DNA of 64,000 bases from an uncultured Bacillota bacterium (GTDB lineage Bacteria > Bacillota_I > Bacilli_A > RF39 > UBA660). Shown piece after piece: positions 40,099 through 50,131 of the stretch. How positions within the stretch are numbered: the stretch's first letter is position 1; every line of letters begins with the position of its first letter. Made by a program: the position numbers and the translations under genes. The stretch lies in assembly GCA_948466255.1 (NCBI GenBank), contig CAOJZV010000005.1:1155-65154 (forward strand), given 5' to 3'. The notes beneath the pieces are model-generated. The model worked only from the letters and a program-made list of their open reading frames with translations. It made no database searches and was not told the DNA's origin.

Positions 40099-41805
40099 AT
40101 GTATCAAGCATTGTATAGAAAATATCGTCCACAAACCTTAGAAGAGGTAGGAGGGCAAGACACAATTGTCAAAATCATTAAAAATTCAATAAAAAACAAC
40201 AAAATAAATCATGCATATTTATTTGCAGGACCTAGGGGAACAGGAAAAACAAGTATAGCTAAAATATTTGCTAAAATGGTAAATTGTGAAAACCTTCAAA
40301 ATGGAATACCATGTGGGAAATGTACTAATTGTACTCAAGTAAACAATAGTGATACCATTGAAATAGATGCCGCATCAAATAATGGTGTTAATGAAATCAG
40401 GGAATTAAGAAATAATGTAAATTTAGTGCCTTCTTATGGAAAATATAAAATATATATAATTGATGAAGTTCATATGTTAACTACTGAGGCATTTAATGCC
40501 TTACTAAAAACATTAGAGGAGCCTCCAGCACACATTATATTTATTTTAGCTACAACAGATCCTCATAAAATTCCAGAAACAATTTTATCAAGGTGCCAAA
40601 GATTAGATTTTAAAAAAATAAGTGAAAATAGTATTGTTAATAGACTTAAACAAATAGTAGATGAAGAACATATAGAAATAGAAGAAGAAGCTTTAAAGGA
40701 AATTGCACGTTTATCTGATGGAGGAATGAGAGATTCAATTGGAATGTTAGACCAGGCAATAGCTTATTCTGATCAAAAAATAACTACATCAGATATACAT
40801 GATATTAACGGAACTTTGACAGTAGAAAACTTAAAAAATTTAATAAGTGTAATAATTACAAGGAAAATAAAGGAAATTTTTGAAATTTTAGATAAATACA
40901 ATGATGATGGTAAGAATTTTGTTAAATTAACAGAAGAAATAATTACCTTTATGAGAAATATTCTATTATATAAAAACGCCAAAGAATATTTTGAAACATT
41001 AGGAAATAATAACGATATTTATGAATACATTTCTAAAGAAGTAACCACAAAACAAATACTAGAATATATAGAAATTTTAAATTCTACAATATTAGAAATG
41101 AAAAAAACAAATAATACCAAATTATTATTAGAAATAGCTGTTATAAAGATGATTAATTCAGATAATAAAGAAAATTATCAAATAGTTAACGATGTTTCTG
41201 ATGAAACTGTAGAAAAAACAGTAGAAAAGAAACAAGAAAAAATTAAAATAGAAATAAAACCAACAATGGATAAGTCTAGAACTGAAAAAGAACAAAATTT
41301 AAATAAACAGATCAAAAAGCCAATTATAATCCAAAAAATAAGTGAAGATGGAAAAAAAGAGCTTTTAAAAATTAAAGAGATAAGAATCGATAATACTCTT
41401 GCTAAATTTTCAAAAAAACATTTACAAGAAATATTACCGAAAATGAAAACCTTCCATGAATATCTACTTGATTCAGACATAAGTCCATTTATATCAATAA
41501 TATTAGATGGAAATTTAAAAGCTGCAAGCGAAAAAAACTTAATTTTTGTTTATAAAAACAAAAGAACTTCAAATTTATTTAATGAAAATATAATAAATGT
41601 GGAAAAAACCATAGAAAAAGTATTAAAAAAACCTTATAAGGTTATTGCCACCGATGCCGAACATTGGGAAAATATCAAAAATGAATTTAATAATAAAAAA
41701 AGAGAATACAATTATATTGAAGAAGATTTCAATATAGAAGATTTGTTTAATGAAACACAGACTGGGGATTTTAGTGATTTCCAAGATATAATAGTATATA
41801 AATAG
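40099..41805 (+). CDS. dnaX: DNA polymerase III subunit gamma/tau
   Basis: 568 aa; AAA+ GPRGTGKTS; zinc module CGKCTNC. Confidence 0.95.
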   Translation: MYQALYRKYRPQTLEEVGGQDTIVKIIKNSIKNNKINHAYLFAGPRGTGKTSIAKIFAKMVNCENLQNGIPCGKCTNCTQVNNSDTIEIDAASNNGVNEIRELRNNVNLVPSYGKYKIYIIDEVHMLTTEAFNALLKTLEEPPAHIIFILATTDPHKIPETILSRCQRLDFKKISENSIVNRLKQIVDEEHIEIEEEALKEIARLSDGGMRDSIGMLDQAIAYSDQKITTSDIHDINGTLTVENLKNLISVIITRKIKEIFEILDKYNDDGKNFVKLTEEIITFMRNILLYKNAKEYFETLGNNNDIYEYISKEVTTKQILEYIEILNSTILEMKKTNNTKLLLEIAVIKMINSDNKENYQIVNDVSDETVEKTVEKKQEKIKIEIKPTMDKSRTEKEQNLNKQIKKPIIIQKISEDGKKELLKIKEIRIDNTLAKFSKKHLQEILPKMKTFHEYLLDSDISPFISIILDGNLKAASEKNLIFVYKNKRTSNLFNENIINVEKTIEKVLKKPYKVIATDAEHWENIKNEFNNKKREYNYIEEDFNIEDLFNETQTGDFSDFQDIIVYK

Positions 41806-41818
41806 AAAGAGGGATAAT

Positions 41819-42115
41819 ATGAATATACAAGCAATGATGAAACAAGCACAAAAAATGCAAAAAGATATGATGAATTCTAAAGAGGAAATTGATAATATGA
41901 CTTTTGAAGGGAAATCATCTTTTGTTACAGTAGAAATGAAGGGAACAAAAGAAATAACTAAAGTAACAATAGATGCAGAAAGCCTTGAAAGTGACGAAAT
42001 TGAAATGCTAGAAGATATGATATTAGTTGCTGTAAACGAAGCCAGTAAAAAAGTAGATCAAACTACAGAAGAAAAAATGGGTAAATATACTCAAGGAATG
42101 CCAGGTTTATTTTAA
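41819..42115 (+). CDS. ybaB: nucleoid-associated protein YbaB/EbfC
   Basis: 98 aa; conserved dnaX-ybaB-recR order. Confidence 0.85.
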   Translation: MNIQAMMKQAQKMQKDMMNSKEEIDNMTFEGKSSFVTVEMKGTKEITKVTIDAESLESDEIEMLEDMILVAVNEASKKVDQTTEEKMGKYTQGMPGLF

Positions 42116-42711
42116 TGTATCCAAAAACAATAAACAATTTAATAGAATGCTTTAAAAAATTCCCTGGAATTGGTGAAAAAACAGCTGAACGTTTAGCACT
42201 TTCATGCTTAACTATGGATGATGAAACAATAGAATTATTTACAAATTCATTGAAAAATAGTAAAAAGAAAATAAAATATTGTGAAAAATGTGGAAATCTT
42301 TCAGAAGAAGATTTATGTGCAATATGTAAAGATACCACAAGAGATAACAATATATTATGCGTAGTTGAAGAAAGTAAAAATATTGTTTTATTTGAAAAAA
42401 TAGGAACATTTAATGGAAAATATCATGTTTTAGGTGGTTTAATTTCTCCATTAGATGGAATAAATCCAGAGGATATAAACATTTCATCTTTAATTAAAAG
42501 AATAAAAGATGAAGGTGTAAAAGAAGTCATTTTAGCTGTAAAACCAACAGTTGAAGGTGAAACAACAGCACTATATATTAGAAAATTATTAGAAGGAACA
42601 GATGTAGTTATATCAAAAATAGCCCATGGCATTCCAATGGGTGCTGATATTGACTATATTGATTCTTTAACTTTAGAAATTGCATTGTCAGAGCGTAGCC
42701 AAATTTCATAA
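42115..42711 (+). CDS. recR: recombination protein RecR
   Basis: 198 aa; C4 zinc finger CEKCGNLSEEDLCAIC; Toprim domain. Confidence 0.9.
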   Translation: MYPKTINNLIECFKKFPGIGEKTAERLALSCLTMDDETIELFTNSLKNSKKKIKYCEKCGNLSEEDLCAICKDTTRDNNILCVVEESKNIVLFEKIGTFNGKYHVLGGLISPLDGINPEDINISSLIKRIKDEGVKEVILAVKPTVEGETTALYIRKLLEGTDVVISKIAHGIPMGADIDYIDSLTLEIALSERSQIS

Positions 42712-42748
42712 ATTATAAATAATAATATATAATTTATTGAGGTGTAAT

Positions 42749-42934
42749 ATGCTTAATAAATTCACACAAATATTAAAAAAGCTCGTAGTAGGCTTTTTAA
42801 TGTTATATGGTTATAATATAATAGTGCCAGCAGCTGCAATGATTCCAATAAATATTATAACCGTTATATTATTAACTATTTTTGGACTTCCCGCACTTAT
42901 ATTTTTAATTATAATACGGGTGCTGGTGTATTAG
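42749..42934 (+). CDS. bofA: BofA-like pro-sigma-K processing inhibitor (small membrane protein)
   Basis: 61 aa from MLNKF (RBS GAGGTG); IPINIITVILLTIFGLPALIFLIIIRVLV resembles B. subtilis BofA VPINLVTTAISGILGIPGIAALVVIKQFI; recR-proximal as in Bacillus. Confidence 0.55.
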   Translation: MLNKFTQILKKLVVGFLMLYGYNIIVPAAAMIPINIITVILLTIFGLPALIFLIIIRVLVY

Positions 42935-42944
42935 GGGGAAGATT

Positions 42945-43886
42945 ATGCTAGATAATTATCAAAAATCACAACCAATAGCTTATAGAATTTTAAAAAACGC
43001 TGTTAGTAAAGACAAGTATTCACATGCTTATCTTTTTGAAACTAACGGCTTTTACGATAGCTATAATTTAATATTTTCATTTATAAAAGAAATATTATGC
43101 AAAAATATTAATAAAGAAACCCATAATCCTCAAAAATGTAACATTTGTCGTATGATAGATAGTGGAAACTATCCAGAAATAGAAATAATAAGTCCTGATG
43201 GTATGTGGATAAAAAAAGAACAATTAAGAAAATTACAAAACGAGTTTAATAAAAAAGCAATAATAGGTAACACAAAAATATATATAATAAAAGAAGCTGA
43301 AAAATTAAACAAGCAATCAGCTAATTCGATGTTAAAATTTTTAGAAGAACCAGAAGAAGGAATAATTGCTATATTAGTAACCGACAACATATATGGAATT
43401 TTAGAAACAATTAGATCAAGATGTCAGTTAATAGAGTTAAAAGAAAGTAAAAAAGAACTTAGTGTAAAAAATACAAATAATAAATTAAGTCTTATATTAT
43501 ATAATAAAGAAGAATTAGAAGAAGAAGAAATAGAAAAAATAGAAAAAGTAATTAAATTTATAAATTATTATGAAAAAAATCATCTGGATACAATAATCTA
43601 TATGCAAAAATTATGGCACGATTATATAAAAACAAAAGAAGATATGCTTTATGCTTTTGATTTAATGATTTTATATTATAAAGACGTTTTAAATAAAATT
43701 TCAAATAGAGATATAGAAATATTTGATGATTATGAAAAAGAAATAGAAGAAGTTTCAAATAAAAATACAATAACTGAAATTTGTGATAAATTAAACATCT
43801 TGACAGATTTCAAAGAAAAGATAAAATATAATGCAAATGCAAAATTATTGATGGACAAGCTAGTTATAACATTAGAAGGGAGGTAA
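42945..43886 (+). CDS. holB: DNA polymerase III subunit delta prime
   Basis: 313 aa; degenerate AAA+ clamp-loader fold (AYLFETNG); conserved position before yaaT. Confidence 0.8.
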   Translation: MLDNYQKSQPIAYRILKNAVSKDKYSHAYLFETNGFYDSYNLIFSFIKEILCKNINKETHNPQKCNICRMIDSGNYPEIEIISPDGMWIKKEQLRKLQNEFNKKAIIGNTKIYIIKEAEKLNKQSANSMLKFLEEPEEGIIAILVTDNIYGILETIRSRCQLIELKESKKELSVKNTNNKLSLILYNKEELEEEEIEKIEKVIKFINYYEKNHLDTIIYMQKLWHDYIKTKEDMLYAFDLMILYYKDVLNKISNRDIEIFDDYEKEIEEVSNKNTITEICDKLNILTDFKEKIKYNANAKLLMDKLVITLEGR

Positions 43887-43890
43887 TAAA

Positions 43891-44682
43891 ATGATAGAAG
43901 TAGTTGGAGTAACACTAAAAGATGGTGGAAGAGTATATTATTTTGATCCAAACGGTTACAAGTTAAAGAAAAACGTTACTGTAATAGTTGAAACAGAACA
44001 GGGACAGCAGTTTGGAAAAGTGACAAAGGAAAATATAGAAATTAATCCTAAAGACTTAAGTAAAGAATTAAAGAAAGTTATTAGAATTTCAAATAAAGAA
44101 GATTATAAAAAAAATATAAAGAATATAAAAGATGCAAAAGAAGCGCTAGCAAAATGCCAAAAAATGGTAGAAGAAAAAAATTTAAAAATGAAAATTATAG
44201 ATGCAAGCTATACCTTTGATAGAGATAAATTAATTTTCCGTTTTCTAGCTGACAATCGCGTAGATTTCCGCGAACTTGCAAAAGATTTAGCTGCTAAATA
44301 TAAAGTACGTATTGAATTAAGACAAATAGGAGTTAGAGATAAAGCAAAAGAAGTTGGTGGATGTGGTCCTTGTGGTCAAAAACTATGTTGTTCAAGATTT
44401 CTAAAAGAATTAGATACAGTATCTATAAACATGGCTAAAAATCAGAATATATCTCTAAATCCCTCAAAAATAAACGGCGTATGTGGAAGACTATTATGCT
44501 GTTTAAAATATGAGGATGAAGATTATAAAGAATGTAGAAAAAACCTGTTAAAAATAGGTGATAAAATAAAAACAGAATATGGTGAAGGGAAAATTATAGG
44601 TTTAGAGATTTTAGAAGGAAAATATAAAGTAGATGTTCCAGAACACGGAATAATAATAGTTGATAAAGAAATATGCAAGTAA
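43891..44682 (+). CDS. ricT: stage 0 sporulation protein YaaT/RicT (PSP1 domain)
   Basis: 263 aa; cysteine cluster CGPCGQKLCCSRFL ... CGRLLCC typical of PSP1/YaaT. Confidence 0.85.
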   Translation: MIEVVGVTLKDGGRVYYFDPNGYKLKKNVTVIVETEQGQQFGKVTKENIEINPKDLSKELKKVIRISNKEDYKKNIKNIKDAKEALAKCQKMVEEKNLKMKIIDASYTFDRDKLIFRFLADNRVDFRELAKDLAAKYKVRIELRQIGVRDKAKEVGGCGPCGQKLCCSRFLKELDTVSINMAKNQNISLNPSKINGVCGRLLCCLKYEDEDYKECRKNLLKIGDKIKTEYGEGKIIGLEILEGKYKVDVPEHGIIIVDKEICK

Positions 44683-45392
44683 TAAATGATTTATTAGGAT
44701 ATAATAAACTTAAAATATATCAAGATACAGACATGTTTAATTTCTCTTTAGATTCTGTTTTACTTCCAAATTTTATTACAATAAATAAAAATGTGGAAAA
44801 TATATTAGATATAGGGACAGGGAATGCACCTATTCCTTTAATATTATCAACAAAAACAAAAGCTAAAATAACTGCTATAGAAATTCAAAAAGAAGTATAT
44901 GAGCTAGCTAAAAAATCAGTAGAATTAAATAATTTACAAGAACAAATAAAAATAATACATGGAGACATAAATATTTTAAAAGATGAATTGCCAATAAATT
45001 ATTTTGATATAATAACCTGTAATCCTCCATTTTTTGAAGTAAAAAAAGCTTCAAAATTAAATCAAAGTGACTATAAAACAATCGCTAGACATGAAATAAC
45101 ACTAAATATAAATCAAATTTGTACTATTGCAAAAAGACTTTTAAAAAATGATGGGATATTAGGAATAGTACATAGACCAGAAAGATTAACAGACATATTA
45201 ATCGCAATGCGTGAAAACAATATAGAACCAAAAAAAATAAGGTTTGTTTCACCTAAAATAGGTGAAAACGCGAATACAGTCCTTATAGAGGGTGTATTAA
45301 ATGGTAAAAAAGGACTAAATGTACTTTCTACACTAATAAGTCATAATCCAAATGGGGAGTATACAGACGAAATAAAACAATATTTTGAATAG
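44673..45392 (+). CDS. SAM-dependent N6-adenine methyltransferase (YabB/TrmN6-like)
   Basis: DIGTGNAPI SAM motif and CNPPFFE (NPPF/Y) catalytic motif. Confidence 0.75.
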   Translation: MQVINDLLGYNKLKIYQDTDMFNFSLDSVLLPNFITINKNVENILDIGTGNAPIPLILSTKTKAKITAIEIQKEVYELAKKSVELNNLQEQIKIIHGDINILKDELPINYFDIITCNPPFFEVKKASKLNQSDYKTIARHEITLNINQICTIAKRLLKNDGILGIVHRPERLTDILIAMRENNIEPKKIRFVSPKIGENANTVLIEGVLNGKKGLNVLSTLISHNPNGEYTDEIKQYFE

Positions 45393-45401
45393 AGTGATAA
45401 A

Positions 45402-46238
45402 ATGAATCAAAAAAGTTATGATGGGAAACCTACTTTATATATAGTTCCAACTCCAATTGGAAATATGGAAGATATAACAATTAGAGCTTTAAATATATTA
45501 AAAGAAGCAGATGTTATCTTTTCAGAAGACACAAGAGTAACAAACCAACTTTTAAAACACTTTGATATAAAAAAAAGATTAATATCCAGTCATTTATATA
45601 ACGAAAACAATAATCAAGATAAAGAAATAAATTATTTAAAAGAAGGAAAGACAGTCGCCCTAGTTAGTGATAGAGGAACTCCGTTAATAAGTGACCCAGG
45701 ATATATATTAGTTAAAAATGCTATTGATAATGGTTATAATGTAGTGTGTCTTCCTGGTGCAACCGCATTAATACCTGCTTTTGTTATGTCAGGCTTAGGT
45801 GATGGGCCATTTACTTTTTATGGTTTTTTAAATAGTAAGGAAAGTAAAAGAAAAAAAGAATTAGAAGAATTAAAAGAAAACAAATTTACCATAATCTTTT
45901 ATGAAGCCCCTCATCGTATAACAAAAACATTAGAAAATATAAAAGAAATTTTTGGTAATAGAAAAGCATCTATAGCTAGAGAAATAAGTAAAAAATACGA
46001 AGAAATTATAAGAGGAACAATAGAAGATTTAATAAAAGCTTCAGAAAATATAAAAGGTGAAATAGTATTGATAGTAGAAGGAAATCATGAAGAAAAAGAT
46101 TATAGTAATTTATCAATATTAGACCATATAAATATATATTTAAAAGAAGGAAAAGATAGTAAAGAAGCAATAAAATTAGTCGCAAAAGATAGAGGTATAC
46201 CAAAAAGCGAAGTATACAATGAGTACCACAGAAGGTGA
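45402..46238 (+). CDS. rsmI: 16S rRNA (cytidine1402-2'-O)-methyltransferase
   Basis: LYIVPTPIGN N-terminus; tetrapyrrole-methylase fold; 278 aa. Confidence 0.85.
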   Translation: MNQKSYDGKPTLYIVPTPIGNMEDITIRALNILKEADVIFSEDTRVTNQLLKHFDIKKRLISSHLYNENNNQDKEINYLKEGKTVALVSDRGTPLISDPGYILVKNAIDNGYNVVCLPGATALIPAFVMSGLGDGPFTFYGFLNSKESKRKKELEELKENKFTIIFYEAPHRITKTLENIKEIFGNRKASIAREISKKYEEIIRGTIEDLIKASENIKGEIVLIVEGNHEEKDYSNLSILDHINIYLKEGKDSKEAIKLVAKDRGIPKSEVYNEYHRR

Positions 46239-46242
46239 TAAT

Positions 46243-46806
46243 ATGAAATTAATAGTTGGATTAGGAAATCCTGGAAAAGAATATGAAAAAACAAGACATA
46301 ATGCAGGTTTTAGATTTATAGATACCTATGTCGAAAAAAAAGGCTTAAATTTTAATAAAGAAAAATTTAAAGGATTATATACCGAATTTAATCATAATGG
46401 TGAAAAAATAATACTTTTAAAGCCCCAAAAATACATGAATTTATCAGGTGAAGTGATAAATGATTTTGTTAATTTTTTCAAAATAAAAATAGAAGACATT
46501 TTAATAATATATGATGATTTAGATATAGAAAAAGGAAAAACAAAAATTAAATATAAAGGATCATCAGGTGGACATAACGGATTAAAAAACATTGAAAACC
46601 ATTTAAAAACAAAGGAATATAAACGTATTAAAATAGGAATAGGTAAAGATAAAGATCAAGATAAAATAGATTATGTTATTGGAAAAGTTCCTAACGAAGA
46701 ATATGAATTTATAAATTCAGTAAATAAAAACGCTGAAAACATAATTGATGATTATTTAAATATGACATTTGATAATTTCATGAATAAATATAATGGAGGT
46801 GAATAA
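46243..46806 (+). CDS. pth: peptidyl-tRNA hydrolase
   Basis: MKLIVGLGNPGKEYEKTRHNAGF; RBS AGGTGA; the track ORF is N-extended. Confidence 0.9.
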   Translation: MKLIVGLGNPGKEYEKTRHNAGFRFIDTYVEKKGLNFNKEKFKGLYTEFNHNGEKIILLKPQKYMNLSGEVINDFVNFFKIKIEDILIIYDDLDIEKGKTKIKYKGSSGGHNGLKNIENHLKTKEYKRIKIGIGKDKDQDKIDYVIGKVPNEEYEFINSVNKNAENIIDDYLNMTFDNFMNKYNGGE

Positions 46807-46808
46807 AA

Positions 46809-49800
46809 ATGAGCTTCCTAGATAATCTCATAGAAATTGATAGTGAAAAAGAAGTTATCGGATTAACCAGTGAATTAAAAAGTTTATATGTTTATAATAA
46901 ATTTAAAAAAGAAAATAAATCTATTATTTTAGTTACATCAAACTTACATAATGCTGGAAAATACTATGCTTCGATAGCCCGCCATACTGACAAAGTATGG
47001 TTTTTCCCTATGGATGATTTTCTTACTAGTGAAGCCATTGCTATTTCACCAGAATTTAAAATAAACAGACTAGAAACAATAAATAACCTATTAAATGGTG
47101 AAAAAGTAATAATTATTACTAATTTAATGGGATATTTAAGGTTTTTGCCTCCAAAACCAAATTTTAAAGATAGTTATATAACATTAAAAACAAACGAAGA
47201 ATATAATCAAAAAGAATTAGTAGAAAAGCTATTTAAACTAGGATATAAAAGACAAACAACAGTGAATATGACAGGAGAAATAGCTGTAAGAGGTTTTGTT
47301 TTAGATATATTTCCAATTAATAGTGAAAACCCAATAAGAATTGAATTTTGGGGAGATACTATAGATACAATCAAAACATTTAATATTGATAGCCAAAGGA
47401 CCCAAAAAACGATAAATGAAATAACAATATATCCAAATACGGAATTTTTAATTGATAAAGATCCTTTTGAAACACCATATCGTGATATATATAAATATAT
47501 AAAAGTCGCAAATATATCAGATTATTTAGATAATCCAATAACTATATACGATAACTATCACGAATTAAAAACAAATTATAAATTATTGAGGGAAGAAATC
47601 TTAGACTACAATATTAGTACAAACAGGCCCGCAGATACCAAATATATGCATAATTTAGAAGATATCAAAGCCAAAGATACAATAATATTTGAAAATTTTG
47701 AAAACCATAAAAATGAAAAACATACTAAAATATATAATACAAAGGATGTAGAAGCTTTTCCAAAACACCCAAAAGACATTAATGAACGTTTAAATACATA
47801 TCTAAAAGTACATAAAAGGGTAGTAATTTGCCTAGATAACAGGTATCAAGTAAATAGATTAACCGAAACATTAGAAAATCCAAATATTATTTATACAAAT
47901 GAAAAAAAATTATTTCCCGGGAAAATAAATATTATTGTTAAAAAATTAAATAATGGTTTTGAAATAGATGATTATGTAATAATTACACCAAAAGAATTAT
48001 ATGGAAAAAGTAATGAAAACAATTATAAAAGTAAATTTAGATATGGTTCAAAAATAAAAGATATTAGTAAATTAGAAATTGGTGACTTTGTTGTTCATGG
48101 AAAACATGGTATTGGTAGATACTTAGGAATAAAAACAGTACCTAAAAATGGAATAAAAAAAGATTATTTAATGATTGAATATAAAGGAAATGATAAATTA
48201 TATATTCCTGTAGAAAAATTAGAATATATCACAAAATATTCAGGAAAAGAAGGAGCTCAGCCTAAATTAAATAAATTAGGAAGCCATGATTGGGAAAAAA
48301 CAAAAGCAAGGGCTAGAAAACACGCTGAAGATATGGCTGAAGAATTACTAGAATTATATGCAATCAGAGAATCACAAAAAGGTTTTGCATTCCTTGAAGA
48401 TTCAAAAGAACAATATGAATTTGAAAATGAATTTGAATATCAAGAAACAAATGATCAATTAAGAGTAATTGAAGAAATCAAAAAAGATATGGAGTCTCCA
48501 AAACCAATGGATAGACTTCTTTGTGGAGATGTTGGATACGGTAAAACCGAAGTGGCGTTCAGAGCGATATTTAAATGCATTTTATCGGGCAAGCAGGCTG
48601 CAATTCTTTGTCCAACAACCATTTTATCGTCACAACACTACAAAAATGCAATGGGGAGATTTAAATCATTTCCTATTAATATAGAAATAATCAATCGGTT
48701 TGTTTCAACAAAAAAATTAAAAGAAACTTTAAAACGATTAGAAGAGGGCAAAATAGATTTATTAATTGGTACACATAGATTATTAAGCGATGATGTTAAA
48801 TTTAAAGACCTAGGCTTATTAGTTATAGATGAAGAACAACGTTTTGGAGTTAAACACAAAGAAAAAATAAAACAATATAAAAATAACATAGATGTTTTAA
48901 CCTTATCTGCTACTCCAATACCAAGAACATTACAAATGTCTATGGCAGGAATTAGAAGTCTTTCTTTAATAGAAACCCCACCTGCCCAAAGATATCCTAT
49001 TCAAACTTACGTTTTAGCTGAAAATAACCAAATAATAAAAGAAGCAATTTATAAAGAAATGGCTAGACAGGGACAAGTTTTTGTACTTTTTAATAGAGTA
49101 GAAAATTTAGAATTAAAAAAAGCACAATTACAAAAATTAGTTCCCGATGCCAAAATAGCTATTGCTCATGGGCAAATGAATAAAAATGAATTAGAAGATG
49201 TAATGATTAAATTTAATAATCAGGAATTTGATGTATTATTATGTACAACAATAATCGAAACAGGAATTGACATACCGACAGTAAATACATTGATAATAAT
49301 AGATGCTGATTACTTTGGATTATCACAGCTTTATCAAATTAGAGGAAGAATTGGGAGAAGTAATAAAATTGCCTATTGTTATTTAATGTATGACAATAAA
49401 AAGATTCTTTCAGAAATTGCTACAAAAAGATTAAAAGTTATTAAAGATTTTACCGAATTAGGAAGTGGATTTGCCATTGCTATGAGAGATTTATCAATAA
49501 GAGGAGCAGGCGATATTTTAGGATCAAAACAAGCAGGTTTTATTGATAGTATAGGAATAGAATTATTCTTAGAAATGTTAAATGAAGCAGTTAAAAAACT
49601 TCAAGGAAAAGAGGTTAAAAAAGAAGAACTAGAAGAAACAAATCCATTAATAGAAGTAGAAACATATATATCAGATGAATATGTCAAAGAAGAAGAATTA
49701 AAACTAGAAATTCATAAAAAAATCAATGAAATAGATTCATATGAAAAACTAGAAGAAGTAAAATCAGAAATAGAAGATAGATTTGGAAAAGTGTCTGAAG

Positions 49801-50099
49801 ATTTAATAATCTATATGCATGAAGAATGGTTTGAAAAGCTAGCTAAAAATATAGATATCAATAAAATAAGACAAACCAAAAACTTTATAGAAATTACTTT
49901 ATCAAAAGAATTATCACAAAAAATAGATGGTGAAATCTTATTTTTTGAAGCATCACAAATTAGTAGAATGTTCAGATTTAGCATGAAAATGGATAAACTT
50001 ATAATAACTTTAGATACAATTAAATTAGATAAACATTTCATATATTATTTAATTGATTTAATGGGGGTTATTCAAAAGAGTATTAAATCCACAAAATAA
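46809..50099 (+). CDS. mfd: transcription-repair coupling factor
   Basis: 1096 aa; superfamily-2 helicase motifs GDVGYGKTEV, DEEQRFGV; TRG motif region. Confidence 0.95.
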   Translation: MSFLDNLIEIDSEKEVIGLTSELKSLYVYNKFKKENKSIILVTSNLHNAGKYYASIARHTDKVWFFPMDDFLTSEAIAISPEFKINRLETINNLLNGEKVIIITNLMGYLRFLPPKPNFKDSYITLKTNEEYNQKELVEKLFKLGYKRQTTVNMTGEIAVRGFVLDIFPINSENPIRIEFWGDTIDTIKTFNIDSQRTQKTINEITIYPNTEFLIDKDPFETPYRDIYKYIKVANISDYLDNPITIYDNYHELKTNYKLLREEILDYNISTNRPADTKYMHNLEDIKAKDTIIFENFENHKNEKHTKIYNTKDVEAFPKHPKDINERLNTYLKVHKRVVICLDNRYQVNRLTETLENPNIIYTNEKKLFPGKINIIVKKLNNGFEIDDYVIITPKELYGKSNENNYKSKFRYGSKIKDISKLEIGDFVVHGKHGIGRYLGIKTVPKNGIKKDYLMIEYKGNDKLYIPVEKLEYITKYSGKEGAQPKLNKLGSHDWEKTKARARKHAEDMAEELLELYAIRESQKGFAFLEDSKEQYEFENEFEYQETNDQLRVIEEIKKDMESPKPMDRLLCGDVGYGKTEVAFRAIFKCILSGKQAAILCPTTILSSQHYKNAMGRFKSFPINIEIINRFVSTKKLKETLKRLEEGKIDLLIGTHRLLSDDVKFKDLGLLVIDEEQRFGVKHKEKIKQYKNNIDVLTLSATPIPRTLQMSMAGIRSLSLIETPPAQRYPIQTYVLAENNQIIKEAIYKEMARQGQVFVLFNRVENLELKKAQLQKLVPDAKIAIAHGQMNKNELEDVMIKFNNQEFDVLLCTTIIETGIDIPTVNTLIIIDADYFGLSQLYQIRGRIGRSNKIAYCYLMYDNKKILSEIATKRLKVIKDFTELGSGFAIAMRDLSIRGAGDILGSKQAGFIDSIGIELFLEMLNEAVKKLQGKEVKKEELEETNPLIEVETYISDEYVKEEELKLEIHKKINEIDSYEKLEEVKSEIEDRFGKVSEDLIIYMHEEWFEKLAKNIDINKIRQTKNFIEITLSKELSQKIDGEILFFEASQISRMFRFSMKMDKLIITLDTIKLDKHFIYYLIDLMGVIQKSIKSTK

Positions 50100-50100
50100 A

Positions 50101-50131
50101 AAAATAACTGAAAAAATCAGTTATTTTTTAT
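50101..50131. terminator. bidirectional Rho-independent terminator between convergent mfd and the CBS-PPase gene
   Basis: AAATAACTGA-aaaaa-TCAGTTATTT perfect 10-bp stem with T-tracts on both strands. Confidence 0.7.
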